Source of the DNA: Mobula birostris
Taxonomy: Eukaryota
Reading direction: 5' to 3'
DNA: 64,000 nt
Assembly: GCF_030028105.1 (NCBI RefSeq)
Contig: NC_092374.1
Span: forward strand, 194,055,345 to 194,119,344
This document shows positions 36,028 to 48,724 of the stretch, in pieces (position 1 is the stretch's first letter; each line of letters begins with the position of its first letter). The position numbers and the translations under genes are program-made. The notes beneath the pieces are model-generated. The model did not search any database. It saw only the letters and a list, made by a program, of their open reading frames with translations, and was not told where the DNA came from.

Positions 36028-37800
36028 TGAATTGAATTGACTTTATTTCTTACATCCTTCAGATACATGAGGAGTAACAATCGTTATGTTACGTCTCCAT
36101 AAAATGTGCAATCATTGTAATTTATAATAAATAGAACAGTCAGTGTAATATAGAGTACACTCAAATCATCGGTCTGATGGCCCCGTGAAAGAAGCTGTTC
36201 CGGAGTCTGTTGGTCCTGACTTTTATGCTGCGGTCCCACTTCCTGGATGGTAGCAGCTGGAATAGATGGTGGTTGGGATGACATGGGTCCCCAATGATCC
36301 TACGGGCCCTTTTATACATACCTGACCTTGTAAATGTCCTGAATCATGGGAAGTTCACAAATACTGATGCACTGGGCTGTCTTCACCACTCTCTACAGAG
36401 TCCTGCGATTAAGGGAGGTACAGCTCCCATACCAGGCAGTGATGCAGCCAGTCAGGATGCTCTCAATTGTGCTCCTGTAGAAAGTTTTAAGGGTTTGGGT
36501 GTCCGTACCAAACTTCCTCAACCGTCTGAGGTGAAAGAGGCGCTGTTGTGCCTTTTCACCACACAGCTGGTATGTACAGACCACGTGAGGTCCTCGGTGA
36601 TGTGGATGCCGAGGAACTTGAAGCTGTTTACCCTCTCAACCCCAGATCCATTGATGTCAATAGGGGTTAGCCCATCTCCATTCCTCCTGTAATCCACAAC
36701 CAGCTCCTTTGTTTATGCAACATTGAGGGAGAGGTTGTTTTCTTGACACCACTGTGTCAGAGAGATGACTTCTTCCCTGTAGGCCACCTCATTATTGTTT
36801 GAGATAAGGCCAATCAGTGTAATGTCGTCGGCAAAATTAATTAGCAGGTTGAAGCTATGTGTGGCGATACAGACATGGGTATACAGGGAGTAAAGGAGGT
36901 GGCTAAGGACACAGCCCAGAGGGGCTCCTGTATTGAGAGTCAGAGGGTTGGAGGTGAAGGAGCCCACTATTACAACCTGCTGGCGATCTGACAGGAAGTC
37001 CAGGATCCAGCTGCACAAGGCAGGGACAAGGCCGAGGTCTCTAAGCTTCTTGTCGAGCCTGGATGGAACTATGGTGTTGAATGCTGAACTGTAGTCCAAG
37101 AACAGCATTCACACTTAAGAATCCATCTTCTTCAGATGTGTAAGGACGCCATGTAGAGCTGTGGCTATTGCGTCATCTGTCGATTGGTTGTGTCAGTAAG
37201 CGTATCGTAGGCAGTCTAGTGTGGGTGGTAGAATGCTGCAGATATAATCCTTGACCAGCCTCTCAAAGCATTTGCTTACTATTGAGGTGAGTGTGACAGG
37301 ACGCTAGTCATTCAGGTATGTTACCTTGGTCTTTTTTGGTACAGGGAGAATGGTAGGTAATTTGAAGCAGGAGGGCACTCTACACTGGGAGAGGAAGAGA
37401 TTAAAAATATCAGTAAACACACCTGTCTCGGCCTGAAACATCGACTGCACCTCTTCCTACAGATGCTGCCTGGCCTGCTGCGTTCACCAGCAACTTTGAT
37501 GTGTGTTGGTTGAGTAAACACACCTGCCAGTTGTTCAGCGCACATACTAAGTACTCGCCCTGGGTTGCCTTCCAGTCCCGCAGCCTTGCGACTGTCAACT
37601 CGTTGGAAACGTCTGCGTACCTCAGCCTCAGAGATGACCAGGTTGCAGGTTGTAGCGGTGGCTTTCCTCGGAACTCAGAGTTAGTGACATCGAACCGAGC
37701 ATAAAGGCAACTGAGCTCTTCTGGGAGAGAGTCCGCGATGTTGGCGGTACCACAACGTTTGGCTTTGAAGTCTGCGATGGTATGCAGCACTCGCCACTGA
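36028..37800 (-). mobile_element. Rex1/Babar LINE, 5'-truncated, nested in CR1
   Basis: ORF 36713..37108 (MLFLDYSSAFNTIVP..GAPLGCVLS..FADD), 36393..36584 and 37410..37790. (AATTG)n tail at ~36028. Confidence 0.9.
37426..37512 (+). mobile_element. 87-bp Penelope-like 3' terminal fragment with 14-bp TSD
   Basis: AGTAAACACACCTG at 37412-37425 and 37513-37526. The insert has the GGCCTGAAACATCGAC..GATGCTGCCTGGCCTGCTG terminal sequence seen at the ends of the PLE copies. Confidence 0.8.
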
Positions 37801-40335
37801 TGGTATTCCCCTCAGCAGTGTTATGGTACAGGAGATAGAGTTGCGATTACTACCTCCGAAATGTTCTCCCTCCGAGAGTTCTGTCACCTGACCAGGTTCG
37901 TTTCCCAATACCAGATCAAGTACAGCCTCTCCTCTGGTTGATGTGTCTACATATTGCATCAGGAAACCTTCCTGAACATACCTAACAAACTACCGCATCC
38001 AAATCCCTTGCTCTAAGGAGATGCCAGTCAATGTTAGGATGTTAAGATCACCCATCACAACAACCCTAATATCATTATTCCATTCCACAATCTGCCTCCC
38101 TATCTGCTCCTCCATGTCTCTGTTACTACTGGGGATCTATAAAAACACCCAGCAGAGCTATTGCCCACTTTCCGTTTCTGACTTGCACCACACTGACTCA
38201 GGAGAGAATACCTCTACTACTTCATCCATTTCTGCAGCCGTGACAATATCCCTAATTAGCAATGCCACACCGACACCTCTCCGTTCGTTTTGAATCATCT
38301 AAAGCCCGACACGCTCAGTAGTCATTCCTGCCCTTGAGACAATCAAATTTCTTTGTAATGTACACAACGTTATAGTTCCATTATTGATCCACTCCCTAAG
38401 TTTATCCGCCTTATTTATGATATTCTTTGCATTTCAAAACATCTGACTGAGTGCATCTTTGCTCTATCATCTGCCTGTCCTTCCTCACAAACTCCCTACA
38501 AGCTGTCTCTACCTGTGCACCAACCGCCTCATCCCCTGCCTTTTCACTTCAGTTCCACCCCCTTCAAGTCTCGTTTAAACCCTCACCAACAGCACTTGCA
38601 AACCTTCTCCCAGAATATTAGTTGCCCTGCAGTTCAGGTGCAATCCGTCCTACTTGTACAGGTCACCCCTTCCCCAGAAAGATTCCAATGATCTAAGAAC
38701 TGGAACCTCTACTCCCTGTACCATCTCCTCAGCCATTCATTCTTCTGCACTTTCTTCCTGGCCCTCCCTAGCTTGTTGCATACAGAGTAATCCAGAGGAT
38801 GTTGGAAGTCCTGCTCTTCAGCCTTCTTCCTAACTTCTTAATCTTACTGCACATGACCGCTACCACTCTCCTGCCTATGTCATTGATCCAACATGTACCA
38901 TGACCTCCAGCTGCTCACCAACCGCTTCAAGAATATTCTGCAGCCGCTCAGAGCCATCCTGCACTCTAGCACCTGGAAGACAACACACTGTCCTGGCGTC
39001 TCTTTTGCTGCCGCCAAGTCTCCTATTTGCCCCCTAACTATCAAGTCCCCTATGATTATTGCTTCACCTGACTTCACCCTACTCTTCTGAGGCTCAGAGC
39101 CGATTACAGGGCTTTTGGTCTGGCTGCTGCTGCCTTACCCAGGGAGGTCAGCCCCCTCAGTAGTATCGAAAGGGGTATACCTGTTGCTGAGCGGAATGGC
39201 CACAGGGGGGCGCTGCAATGACATCTTTCTCCCTTTATTTTTTCAGTGTTCACCCATCTACTCCCTGAATTATGCACTCTGGATGTAAAGATCTGCTCAA
39301 AACTTTTACCTATCAGCTTACCTCCCTCCCAGATGATCCTTAGTTTATCCAACTCCAGTTCCTGCTCTTTAATGTGGACTTTCAGGAGCTGGAGTTGGCT
39401 GCACTTCCCACAGGTGTAGTCATCAGTGAGACCATCAGGTTCCATGAATCCCCCTCTTACAGGAGCAGCATTCCACAACCATTCTCTGCCATCCTGCCTG
39501 CACTGTACTATGGGCCGCCAAGACCAAATCCGCAATAACGAAAGGGAAAAACCTACCCTTCCTCCCTGTTTCTTTGGCCTCAGCCTCTTCTCGTCCCACT
39601 CTGCCGATGACCACTCCTCTGGACCCGATCTCTCTTTTATGGCTTAAAAATTAAGAAAAATTCTCCACACAAGGAGAAGGAACTCATCACGTTTGGTGGT
39701 GCTCCGCCTGCCTTCTGCTGCCGCTGATGCCTCTGAGCTGATAGAGGTTTATAGTTTATTAGAGACACAGACAGAGAAGACAATTGTCACAGGGGAAAAA
39801 TGTCCAATTCCAGAGGGCATGAATTTAAAGTAAGACGGGGTATGTTCAAAGGAGAAGTGTGGGCAAGTGTTTTTCACAGACAGATACAATCAGGCATTCA
39901 ACAGGCTCTTAAACAGGCACATGGATGTGCAGGAAATGAGGGATACAGACATTATGTTGGGAAGGGTTAGTTTAATTGGACATCTGATCACCAACTAGTT
40001 TGGCACAACATTGTTTACTGAAGGGCCAGTTCCTGTACAGTACTGTATAATGTATTTAAAATAGTAACTACCCAACTGTCCTGTCCATACACCAATCACA
40101 CTCTTTGTTAAAATATTTCTGCTCACGTTTTACCACCTCAATCTTTCTAAGATTCTATCCCCAATTTGAACTCCTACTGATGACAGGATCAGGACCAGAA
40201 ACAGGTTTAAAATCACCGGCATATATCGTGAAATTTGTTCACTTAAGCAGCAATACAATGCAATAAGTACATGATTGTATAGAAAAAAATAATAAATAAA
40301 TAGGTCAATTACAGTAAGTATAAGTCTGAGTGTGC

Positions 40336-40373
<38 letters not shown>

Positions 40374-41355
40374 GTATGTGTGTGTGTATTTATTTATATG
40401 TATATTAAATAGTTAAATTTTAAAATCGTGCAAAAACAGAAATAATTATTTTATAAAAAATGAACAATGATTTCATCCTCCTTTAAACTCTTGTACTGAC
40501 GATTGACAACAAACAATTTTGAATGTTGAATGCATCTGATCTTTAACACTGGGCCTTAATTCTCACCCCAATGGCCAACTTCCAAACGGAAATCATTGAC
40601 ATAAACACTTGGCCTCCACAGCTGTCTGTGACAACAAATCCCAGAGATTAACCACTCAATGGCTAAAGAAACTGCTCCTCATCTCCATTCTAAAAGGACA
40701 CCCCTCTATTCTGAGGCTGTGTCCTCTGGTCTTAGACTCGTCCTCCATAGGAAGCATCCTCCCCACATCCACTCTATCAAGGCCTTTCACTATTCGATAG
40801 GTTTCAATGAGGTCACCCCTTGTTCTGAATTCCAGCGAATACAGACCCAGAGTCATCAAACACTCTTCATATGACAAGCCAATGAAGAGCTTGTCATATG
40901 AGCCCTTCAAAATGCAGAACCCAACCTCGGTATTGGCATATCCACCATCATGGACCAGACTCAAAAACAGACACTTCACCCAATTGTATCAGGTTGACCA
41001 ACACCTCCACCATTAACCCACCCAACCACCACTACATCCACATCAGCCACTCCTCTCCACAGCCCTCAGCACCCTTCCCATGCACTGTCACTTTACAGTT
41101 ACTTGTACATTGTGTTTTATAGAATGGGTGTGTATTTATATATGTCTTTTGTTTTTATGTTTATTGTCTCTTTTTAATGCTGCGTCAGAACTGAAGAAAC
41201 TCTGATTTCATCCTCCTTCAAGCTGTTGTATTGACGATTGACAACAAACAATCTCAAATGTTGAATGTGTCCAGTCTTTAACACTGGGCCTTAATTCTCA
41301 CCCCGATGGCCAATTTCTAAATGGGAAGCATTGACTTTCTCCCTTCCCATTGCAG

Positions 41356-41685
41356 GAAAAAGCAAGAGCTTCACGGTTACGCAAGGTCAGTCCAGTATAT
41401 TTGTAGGTGAGGGTGAAACGGTCCTCATGGTCTGTAGCCATAATGCCAATCACTCTGGAGACACCGTGTTCTACAGCTGGTACAGGAACACATCCGAAGT
41501 CTCCAACGGGACGGCAGAGTTTGCAGGGCGCGTCCTTGGGCCTGACCAGGTGGATTCCTTCAAAGCTTCCATAAAGCTGGTGGATGTGAGAGAGAGCGAT
41601 TCCGGAATGTACTACTGCAAAGTACGGATAGACGGGATTGGCGAGGAAATCGGAGAAGGAGTACGGCTGACCGTCAGTCACACAC
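41356..41685 (+). CDS. NKp30-like receptor exon 3: Ig V-set domain 2
   Basis: Acceptor TTCTCCCTTCCCATTGCAG|, donor C|GTGAGT, 330 nt, phase 1-1. Motifs MVC..YSWYR..EVSNGTAEFAGRV..ASIKLVDVRESDSGMYYCKVRIDGIGEEIGEGVRLTV align closely with NKp30 (EVRNGTPEFRGRL..CRVEVLGLGVGTGNGTRLVV). Confidence 0.95.
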
Positions 41686-42635
41686 GTGAGTGGTTCCCCA
41701 GCCCGAAACAATACTGAGCTCATTACCACCCACTAATACCCACCCTCCCCCATCAACTTTCTATTCGTGGAGCCCTGTCCGGTTTCCTGCCTTCACTTCC
41801 AGTGTCATCACCAGCAGGACCGGCTGACCATTGCTGAATGTAGATGGGAGACTACAGATAACAAGAATTACATTAGGGTGACTGGCTGGAGATCACACAC
41901 TTATCAACCCATCAACAATGATTGGCTCAGTGTGCAGATTATAGAACAGTGGCAATGGGTCATACACAATACTCCCTCACGCTGATATCCGGTGCGGCAG
42001 TGGGCATACACTGTCCTCTTCCCTCTGGGACTGGGCGGGGCAGTGAGTTACAAGGTCTCTCCCCATCTGGGTCGAGGTGAAGCAGTCAATCACACACTAC
42101 CCTCTTCCCTCTCTGGCGCTAGGTGAAGCAATGGGTCACACACTGTCCTATCCTATTCTCAATGGATCCTTCCTGTGATGGTGTGGCCAACCCCCACCTC
42201 CGTTTGCTCTGGTTTTCTCCCACATGCCAAGTATGTGTGGGTCACTGGTTTAGTTGGTTGCTGTAAATTGCCCCCCGTTTGTTGTGAAATGGTAGAAGTT
42301 GGAAGGATTTGAAGAGAAGGTGGGGAGGATCGGTTATCAGTAAAATTAATAGGAAAATAAATGGGATTAGTGTAGGATGTTTAAATGTTAGACAAAGATC
42401 AACGTTCGATGTAACTTTATCACCTTTTGGTCATAATATACAATTATTGGAAGAGCAACTTCCCTGTGCTTCCTGCCCTGGAATTGGCAGGAGGGGCTGT
42501 GGCAGGAATAGGAATTTCACCAGTGGGGTTAAATACTTTCAGGTCAGCTGCCATATCATTGCGTGCTTCATCAGTCTCGAAGGGCCATATGGCCCATTTG
42601 TGCTCGTGTGTTCTGAGATGTTTTCCCCCCCACAG

Positions 42636-42749
42636 GCAAAATGAGATTTGTCACGATTCTCCTGGTGATCCTGTTAACGGTCTTTGGAATATCAGGGAGC
42701 ATCCTGCTCATCAGCATCCTGTTTTGGAGAAAAGTACGCAGCGAAGAAA
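42636..42749 (+). CDS. NKp30-like receptor exon 4: transmembrane
   Basis: Acceptor TTTTCCCCCCCACAG|, donor A|GTAAGG, 114 nt, phase 1-1. Reads (R)KMR-FVTILLVILLTVFGISGSILLISILFW-RKVRSEE, a hydrophobic span followed by a basic stop-transfer. Confidence 0.9.
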
Positions 42750-42779
42750 GTAAGGAGACTGAATCATTTACCTCTATGG

Positions 42780-43330
42780 CCAGTATAGGATCATCAGACA
42801 TAGAAGGATTTGGCCATTCGGCCCAGCAAGTTTACTCCACTATTCCCTATTGAGGGAATTTTTTCCCTCTCAACACCATTCTCCTGCATTCCTCCATAAA
42901 GTTAGAAACCAATACTCAACCTATCATCTTGTGCTTTAAATTTACCCAATCATTTGGCCTCCACAGTCATCTGTGGCAATGAATCTTCTGGGTAATGAAA
43001 CTCCTGCTTATATCCTATTCTGAGCAGTGCCCTCAGGTCCAAGACTCTCCCAATATTGGAAATATCCTCTCCACATACACTCTGTTTAGGCATTTCAGTA
43101 TTTGATAGATGTCAGTAAGATCCCTCCCCACCATCCCTCTAAACTCCAGCGAGTACGGCCCAGAGCCAACAATCCTCATACATTAACTCTTTCATTCCCA
43201 GATCAGTTTTGTCATTCTCCTCTGGATCCTCTCCAATGCCAGCACATTGTTTCTTAGATATGAAGCCCAAAACTGCACACAACACTGCCAATGTTCTTTG
43301 ACTAATGCTTTATATCCTTAAAGGTGAGGA
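42780..43330 (-). mobile_element. CR1 3' fragment
   Basis: CR1-type 3' UTR (ggccattcggcccag) and RT C-terminal sequence on the reverse strand. Confidence 0.65.
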
Positions 43331-44159
43331 ACATTTGGAAAGCCCAAGGGGTTCACTAGCATGTGCAGATAAGCAGGGAGATTGAGGTAGTAGGATTGTG
43401 AGTCAGCAGCACAAACACAGGCCCTTCAGCCCAACTCATCTCTGCTGACTGAGATGTCTGTTCCCATTAACCAGCATTTGTCCCAAAAATCTTTGGTCAT
43501 GATGATGTGAGCTGTGGTCTCTCTTAAGATCATGGCCCAGACTAAGTTGTGCTTTTAAGTTTGTAGGGATGGTTTTCAGGACAGTGAATGGAGTTAGGGG
43601 TCAGATTAGGGTGTATAGACATAGACAGGGATGTGAAGGAGGTAGAGGTCAGGACTCCACTCTGCGCCCAGTGATGTGGATAGTTGAGAAGGTGCACTCC
43701 GAGTCCAGGACTCTGCTCCACGCTCGAAATCCAGCGATACTGTCATGGCGACGAAGTACATTCAGAGTTTAGGGCTCTGCTCTGTGCACAAAGGTTAGTA
43801 ATGTGGGTGTAAATGTCCATGAAGGACACCCATGAATTCCGGACTGTCTCGAGTTGGTGGGTCCCAGTATTGAACATCAGTGCGATCAAGAGGCACGAGG
43901 CCCAGTCAGTCGGCATCTAATTGTAATTGTGCCCAATTCTGCAGCTTTCTCTGATGACTGGGCTGGATAAATTTATTGTCAAACGCTCCAAGATGCGATG
44001 AAATCCCTTCCCTGTTTGAAGCTCACTGGTGTACGTGGTAATATTAAATACAACAACAGATACAGCCATGAGGACAAGACAACAGACTGGTGCAAGGAGA
44101 GCAGTGCAACGCATCGTAGTGCAAAAAGAAATGCTCACCAGGGACAGGGAGGGCAGAAT

Positions 44160-44410
44160 AGTGGGGTGGCACGGTGACATTGTGGTTCCTGGAACACTGT
44201 CACAGTGCCAGCGAAGGGGCGGCACAATTCCTCCCACTGTCTGTAAGGAATTTGTGTGTTCTCCCCGTGAATGCGTAGGTTTCCACTGGGTGCACATCCT
44301 AAAGACTTACAAATTGTCAGGTTAATTGGTGACATGGGTGTAACTGCACAGAGCAGTCTCGTTGGGCTGGAAGGGTCTGTTACTGCCCTGTGTCCCTAAA
44401 TAAAAATAAC
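44160..44410 (+). mobile_element. V-SINE-like element
   Basis: GGTGGCACGGTG head, TTCTCCCCGTG..GCGTAGGTTTCC core and an A-rich tail. Confidence 0.6.
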
Positions 44411-44689
44411 ATAAACAAGAATGAAGAGACCAAGAACAATTATCTCTCTGTGAGTGGCAGTGGGTCACATCCCCGTAAATTGTCTATGCACCCTCTCCAG
44501 TGCAATCACATCCTTCCTTCAGAGTGGTACCTGAATTGTGAACAGTCCTCCAGCTGTGACCTGACCAATACCTTATAAAGCCGTATCATTAACTTTTATA
44601 CTCCCTGTGCTGCCCAATGGAAGCAAGTATCCATATGATTTGTCCATACAACTGACTCGGTTATGAGTGCTAAGTGGGAAACCAATGCA

Positions 44690-45345
44690 TTCTGAAGCCA
44701 CCTTTCCCTCCTGGGTGGAACTGAGAACAAACGCACTCCTGGTGACCACTCATTTCAATTTGACTTCCTATTCCCATTCTGACATGACTGTCCATGGCTT
44801 CCTCTACCGCCACAACGAGGCCAAACTTAGGATGGAGGAGCAACACCTCATATTCCATGTAGGTAGCCTCCAACCTGGTGGCATTAACATTGGTTTCTCT
44901 CCGCTTCTGTCCTCTCTTTTTCCATTCCTCATTCTGGTTACCCTCTCAGCCCCTTTCCTTCTCCTTACCCAACCACCCCCTTCCTCAGATGCCCCTTGTC
45001 CTTCCCTTCAATTGTCCTCTGTCCTCTTCTGTCAGATTTCTTCATCTTCAGCCCTTCACCTTTTCTACCTATCACTCTCCCCTCAGCTTCTTATTTCATT
45101 CGCCCTCCATCACCTGCCAACCTTCCCCCTCACCTGGTCTCACCTATCACTTGGCAATTTGTACTCCACTCACTTCCCCTCACATTATCTTCTTGTTCTG
45201 GCTTCTACCCCCTTCCTTTCCAGTCCTGTTTCAGGCTCTTGATCAGAAGCATTGATCGTTTATTGCTTTCCATAAATGCTGCCTGACCTGCTGAGTTCAT
45301 CCAGCATTTTGTGTGTGGTTCGCTGGACTTCCAGCATCTGCAGAA
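44690..45345 (+). mobile_element. Penelope-like element 3' part (GIY-YIG C-terminus plus pyrimidine-rich terminal region)
   Basis: ORF 44667..45242: HFN..SHSDMTVHGFL..EAKLRMEEQHLIFHVGSLQPGGINIGF. Confidence 0.75.
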
Positions 45346-45398
45346 TCACTTGTGTTTATTGATTAATCGGCATCTTTCTTCTCTCCTTCCCTTCACAG

Positions 45399-45417
45399 AT
45401 TCTCTCCGGGTTCAAAG
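45399..45417 (+). CDS. Receptor cytoplasmic micro-exon 5 (19 nt; N-SLRVQ-R)
   Basis: Long polypyrimidine tract ending CTTCACAG|, donor AG|GTGAGT, phase 1 to 2. Confidence 0.8.
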
Positions 45418-45514
45418 GTGAGTGCTTGTTACACACTTTTGTTTTACAGAATGTGTTCCATTGCAATGTAAAGCGACACACATGGAGTAAACATTTTCCA
45501 ATTTTTCTCTTCAG

Positions 45515-45552
45515 ACAGCAGCTATCAACTCTGAACGACAGCATCACAGCGG
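45515..45552 (+). CDS. Receptor cytoplasmic exon 6 (38 nt; QQLSTLNDSITA)
   Basis: ATTTTTCTCTTCAG|, donor GG|GTAAGT, phase 2 to 1, open. Confidence 0.8.
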
Positions 45553-45863
45553 GTAAGTAAAAGCCCCCAGAGCCAATCCGCGTGAGTGTATTATGCTGAC
45601 TTGTCTGTGATGTTAGTTAGAGTGTCATACAGCATAGAACCTTCCATTCGGTCCTTCTTCTCCAAGCTGACCTGTGGGTACCGATCAGAATTAACCCTGC
45701 TTTCCACCACTTTGCTTCGTGCCCTTGGCAATTCGAGTGTCGATTCAGAATTGCCTTGCCCACAGAGGGGATTCAGAATTTTCTTCCATGAAGAAGGCAG
45801 AGGGTAGTTGTAGATGGAGCCTATTCTGCCTGGAGGATGGGAAACTGTGGTGCTCTGAAGTTA

Positions 45864-46284
45864 TAGAACATAGAACATAGAACAGTGCAGCACAGTACAG
45901 GCCCTTCGGCCCACAATGTTGTGCCGACCTTAAACCCTGCCTCCCATAAAACCTTAAATTCCTCCATTTACCTGTCTAGTAGTCTCTTAAATTTCAGTAA
46001 TGTATCTGCCTCCACCACTGACTCAGGCAGTGCATTCCACGCACCAACCACTCTCTGAGTAAAAGACCTTCCTCTAATATCCCCCTTGAACTTCCCACCC
46101 CTTACCTTAAGGCTATGTCCTCTTGTATTGAGCAGTGGTGCCCTGGGGAAGAGGCGCTGGCTATCCACTCTATCTATTCCTCTTAATATCTTGTACACCT
46201 CTATCATGTCTCCTTTCATCCTCCTTCTCTCCAAAGAGTAGAGCCCTAGTTCCCTTAATCTCTGATCATAATGCATACTCTCTC
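45864..46284 (-). mobile_element. Young CR1 3' fragment, same subfamily as CR1 B
   Basis: ORF 45968..46276 is almost identical to 3946..4386. (ATAGAAC)n tail. Confidence 0.92.
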
Positions 46285-47308
46285 TGTTCTGGGACCATTG
46301 CTCTTTGTGATTTTTATAAATTATTCAGATGAAGAAGTGGGAGGGTGTGTTAGTAAGCTTGTAGATAACATGAAGTTTGTGGAGTTGTGGATAGTGTGAA
46401 ATGGTGGCAAGGATTACAACAGGAAATTGATGGGATGCAGATCTGGGTTGAGAATGGCACGTGGAATTCTATCCTGAAAAGTGGGAATTGATTCACTTAT
46501 GAAGCTTAATTTGAAGGCAGAATACAGGGTGAATGGCAGATCTCCTAGCAATATGGAGAAATAGAGGGATCTTGGAGTCCATGTCCATAGATCCCTCAAC
46601 GTTGCCGTGCAGGTTGGTTGAGCCGTGAAAAAGGCATATGGTGTGTTGGTCTTCATTAATTGCGTGATTGAGTTCAAGAACTGTGAAGTAATGTTGCAGC
46701 TCTGTAAAACCCTTTGTGTATTGTGTTGAGTTGAGCAGAGATGTTAGGAATAAGTTTTTTATTCAGAGAGTGGTGAGTGCGTGGAATGGGCTGCCGGCAA
46801 CGATGGTGGAGGCGGATACGGTAAGGTCTTATTAGAGACTCCTGGATAGGTACACGGAGCTGAGATATGGATGGATATGGGTAACTCTGGGTGATTTCTA
46901 AAGTAAGTACATGTTCGGCACAGCATTGTGGGTTGAAGGGCCTGTACTATGCTGTAGGTTTTCTATGTTTCCATTGAGTGCTCATCGCATGATTATTTAC
47001 CACAATGCTGCCTGGATTGGAGAAGATAGGCTGAGTGTGGCAGGGCCTTTCTCTTCAGAGCGGAGGATAGAGGTGAATTGATAGAGGAGTACAAAATGAT
47101 AAGAGGCATAGATCAATTGGATTCTTTCCCAAGGCTGAACTTGCTAATACTGTATGAGGGGCCATAATTTTATTGTGTTCGGAGGAAAGTATAGGGGGAA
47201 TATCAGAGGTAAGTTCTTTACACAGTGAGTGTGGGTGCCTGTAGGAAGCAGAGAACAATTGTAGACCTGCCAGTGTTTGCATTAATATGCACATAATTAA
47301 TTTTACAG

Positions 47309-47349
47309 ATGATTTAACTGCACTCCAATTGGATGATGGACCTGGGACG
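47309..47349 (+). CDS. Receptor cytoplasmic exon 7 (41 nt; DDLTALQLDDGPGT)
   Basis: AATTTTACAG|, donor CG|GTAAGT, phase 1 to 0, open. Confidence 0.78.
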
Positions 47350-48694
47350 GTAAGTCGTAAAGCAAAATAAAAGCCCGCAGATGCTGGAAATCTGAAATAA
47401 AATCAGAGAATGCTGGGATATTCAGCAGGTTAAACAGCATCTGCAGAGAATCAAGCAGAGTTAAAGTACTGGAATAGTGGGTTTTCAACAGAACTGGGCA
47501 AAATTGAAAATATAGTTTAGAGGAAGGGATGGGTAGAGAGAATAAAAGCGTGGAGAGCGGGAGAGACTGGATGTCATAAGTGGGGATTGCACGCGATGAG
47601 GGAGGACGTGGATAACTAGTTCATTTTGCACAGAAAAGGTTCAAGTGCTCATCTCTGTGTTTTCTCTCTTTTGCGAAAGTCTCTGCTTCACCTTATTTAC
47701 AAGGAGCACTGCCACAAGAAAGGAGCATCCATTATCAAGGATCCCACCATCCAAGCCATGCTGTCTTCTCACTACTAATATAAAGCATGAAGTACCAGAG
47801 CCTTAGGTCCCATGCTGCCAGTTCAGGAACAGTTATTACCTCACAACACGGGTTCCCAGTCTTTTTTTATGCCATTAACCAATACCATTAGGCAAGGGGT
47901 CCGTGGATCCCAGGTTTCAAACCCTGCCCTATAACCATCAAGCTCCTGAACCAGTGTGAATAATCTCACTCACCTCAGCGCTAAACTGACTCCACAACCA
48001 ATAGACTCGCTTTCAAGAACTTTCAAATTCAATATAATTTATTTATTTTTGTTTATTCTAAGTCTTCTTTTGCACTCTGGTTGTTTGTCAGCTTTGTTCG
48101 TCATAGTTTGTCATAAATTCTATTGTATTTCTTCACTTTCCTGTAAATCCTCGCAAGAAAATTTTTCTCAAGGGGAGATACAGTATATGTTCTTCAATAA
48201 TAAATGTATTTGTACTCTGAAGGTTCGGGAAGTGGCAGCACCACCGGGACAAGTACGTGAAAGAGGGGTGTCGTTCAAAACTCTGACAGCAATGGGGAAG
48301 AAGCTGTTCTGGGAACAAAGGGCATAGGACATAGAATGTCAAGCAGTAGAGCACAGGAACAGGATTTCAGCCCACAATTAATGCTGAACTAATTAAAGGG
48401 TTTCTAATTATGCGCATCTCTTCCACTTGTACATGGTTCACTTCCCTCCATTCAGTCCAATGTCACGTGAGTATCTACGATCCTCTTAACCATCTCTATT
48501 GTATCTGCCTTCTCCACCACTACCCCTGGCAGCACATTCCCAGCACCATCACTCGGTGTGGAAAGAAAAACTTACTCTGTACACCTCCTTTAATCTTGCC
48601 CTGTCTCAGCCTAAATGTTGAGTCTGGACACCCAGGCTCTCGAGCTCCTGTAGACCAATAGAAATGCTCATTGTAATATCTTATTTCACAACAG

Positions 48695-48724
48695 GCTCAA
48701 GATGGGAATGCCCCTGCATGCCCG
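48695..48724 (+). CDS. Receptor cytoplasmic exon 8 (30 nt; AQDGNAPACP)
   Basis: TTATTTCACAACAG|, donor CG|GTAAGA, phase 0-0, open. Confidence 0.72.

Larger units (their letters stand above)
33885..39650 (-). mobile_element. Decayed near-full-length CR1 (ORF1 Zn-finger/esterase, EN, RT, 3' UTR), interrupted by Rex1
   Basis: ORF 39104..39535 (DYTCGKC, coiled coil), 38880..39077 (IIGDLIVR), 37681..37959 (LDLVLGNEPGQV), 35293..35700, 34922..35215, 34642..34950 (PQGSVMGP, FADD) and 34253..34558. Confidence 0.88.
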
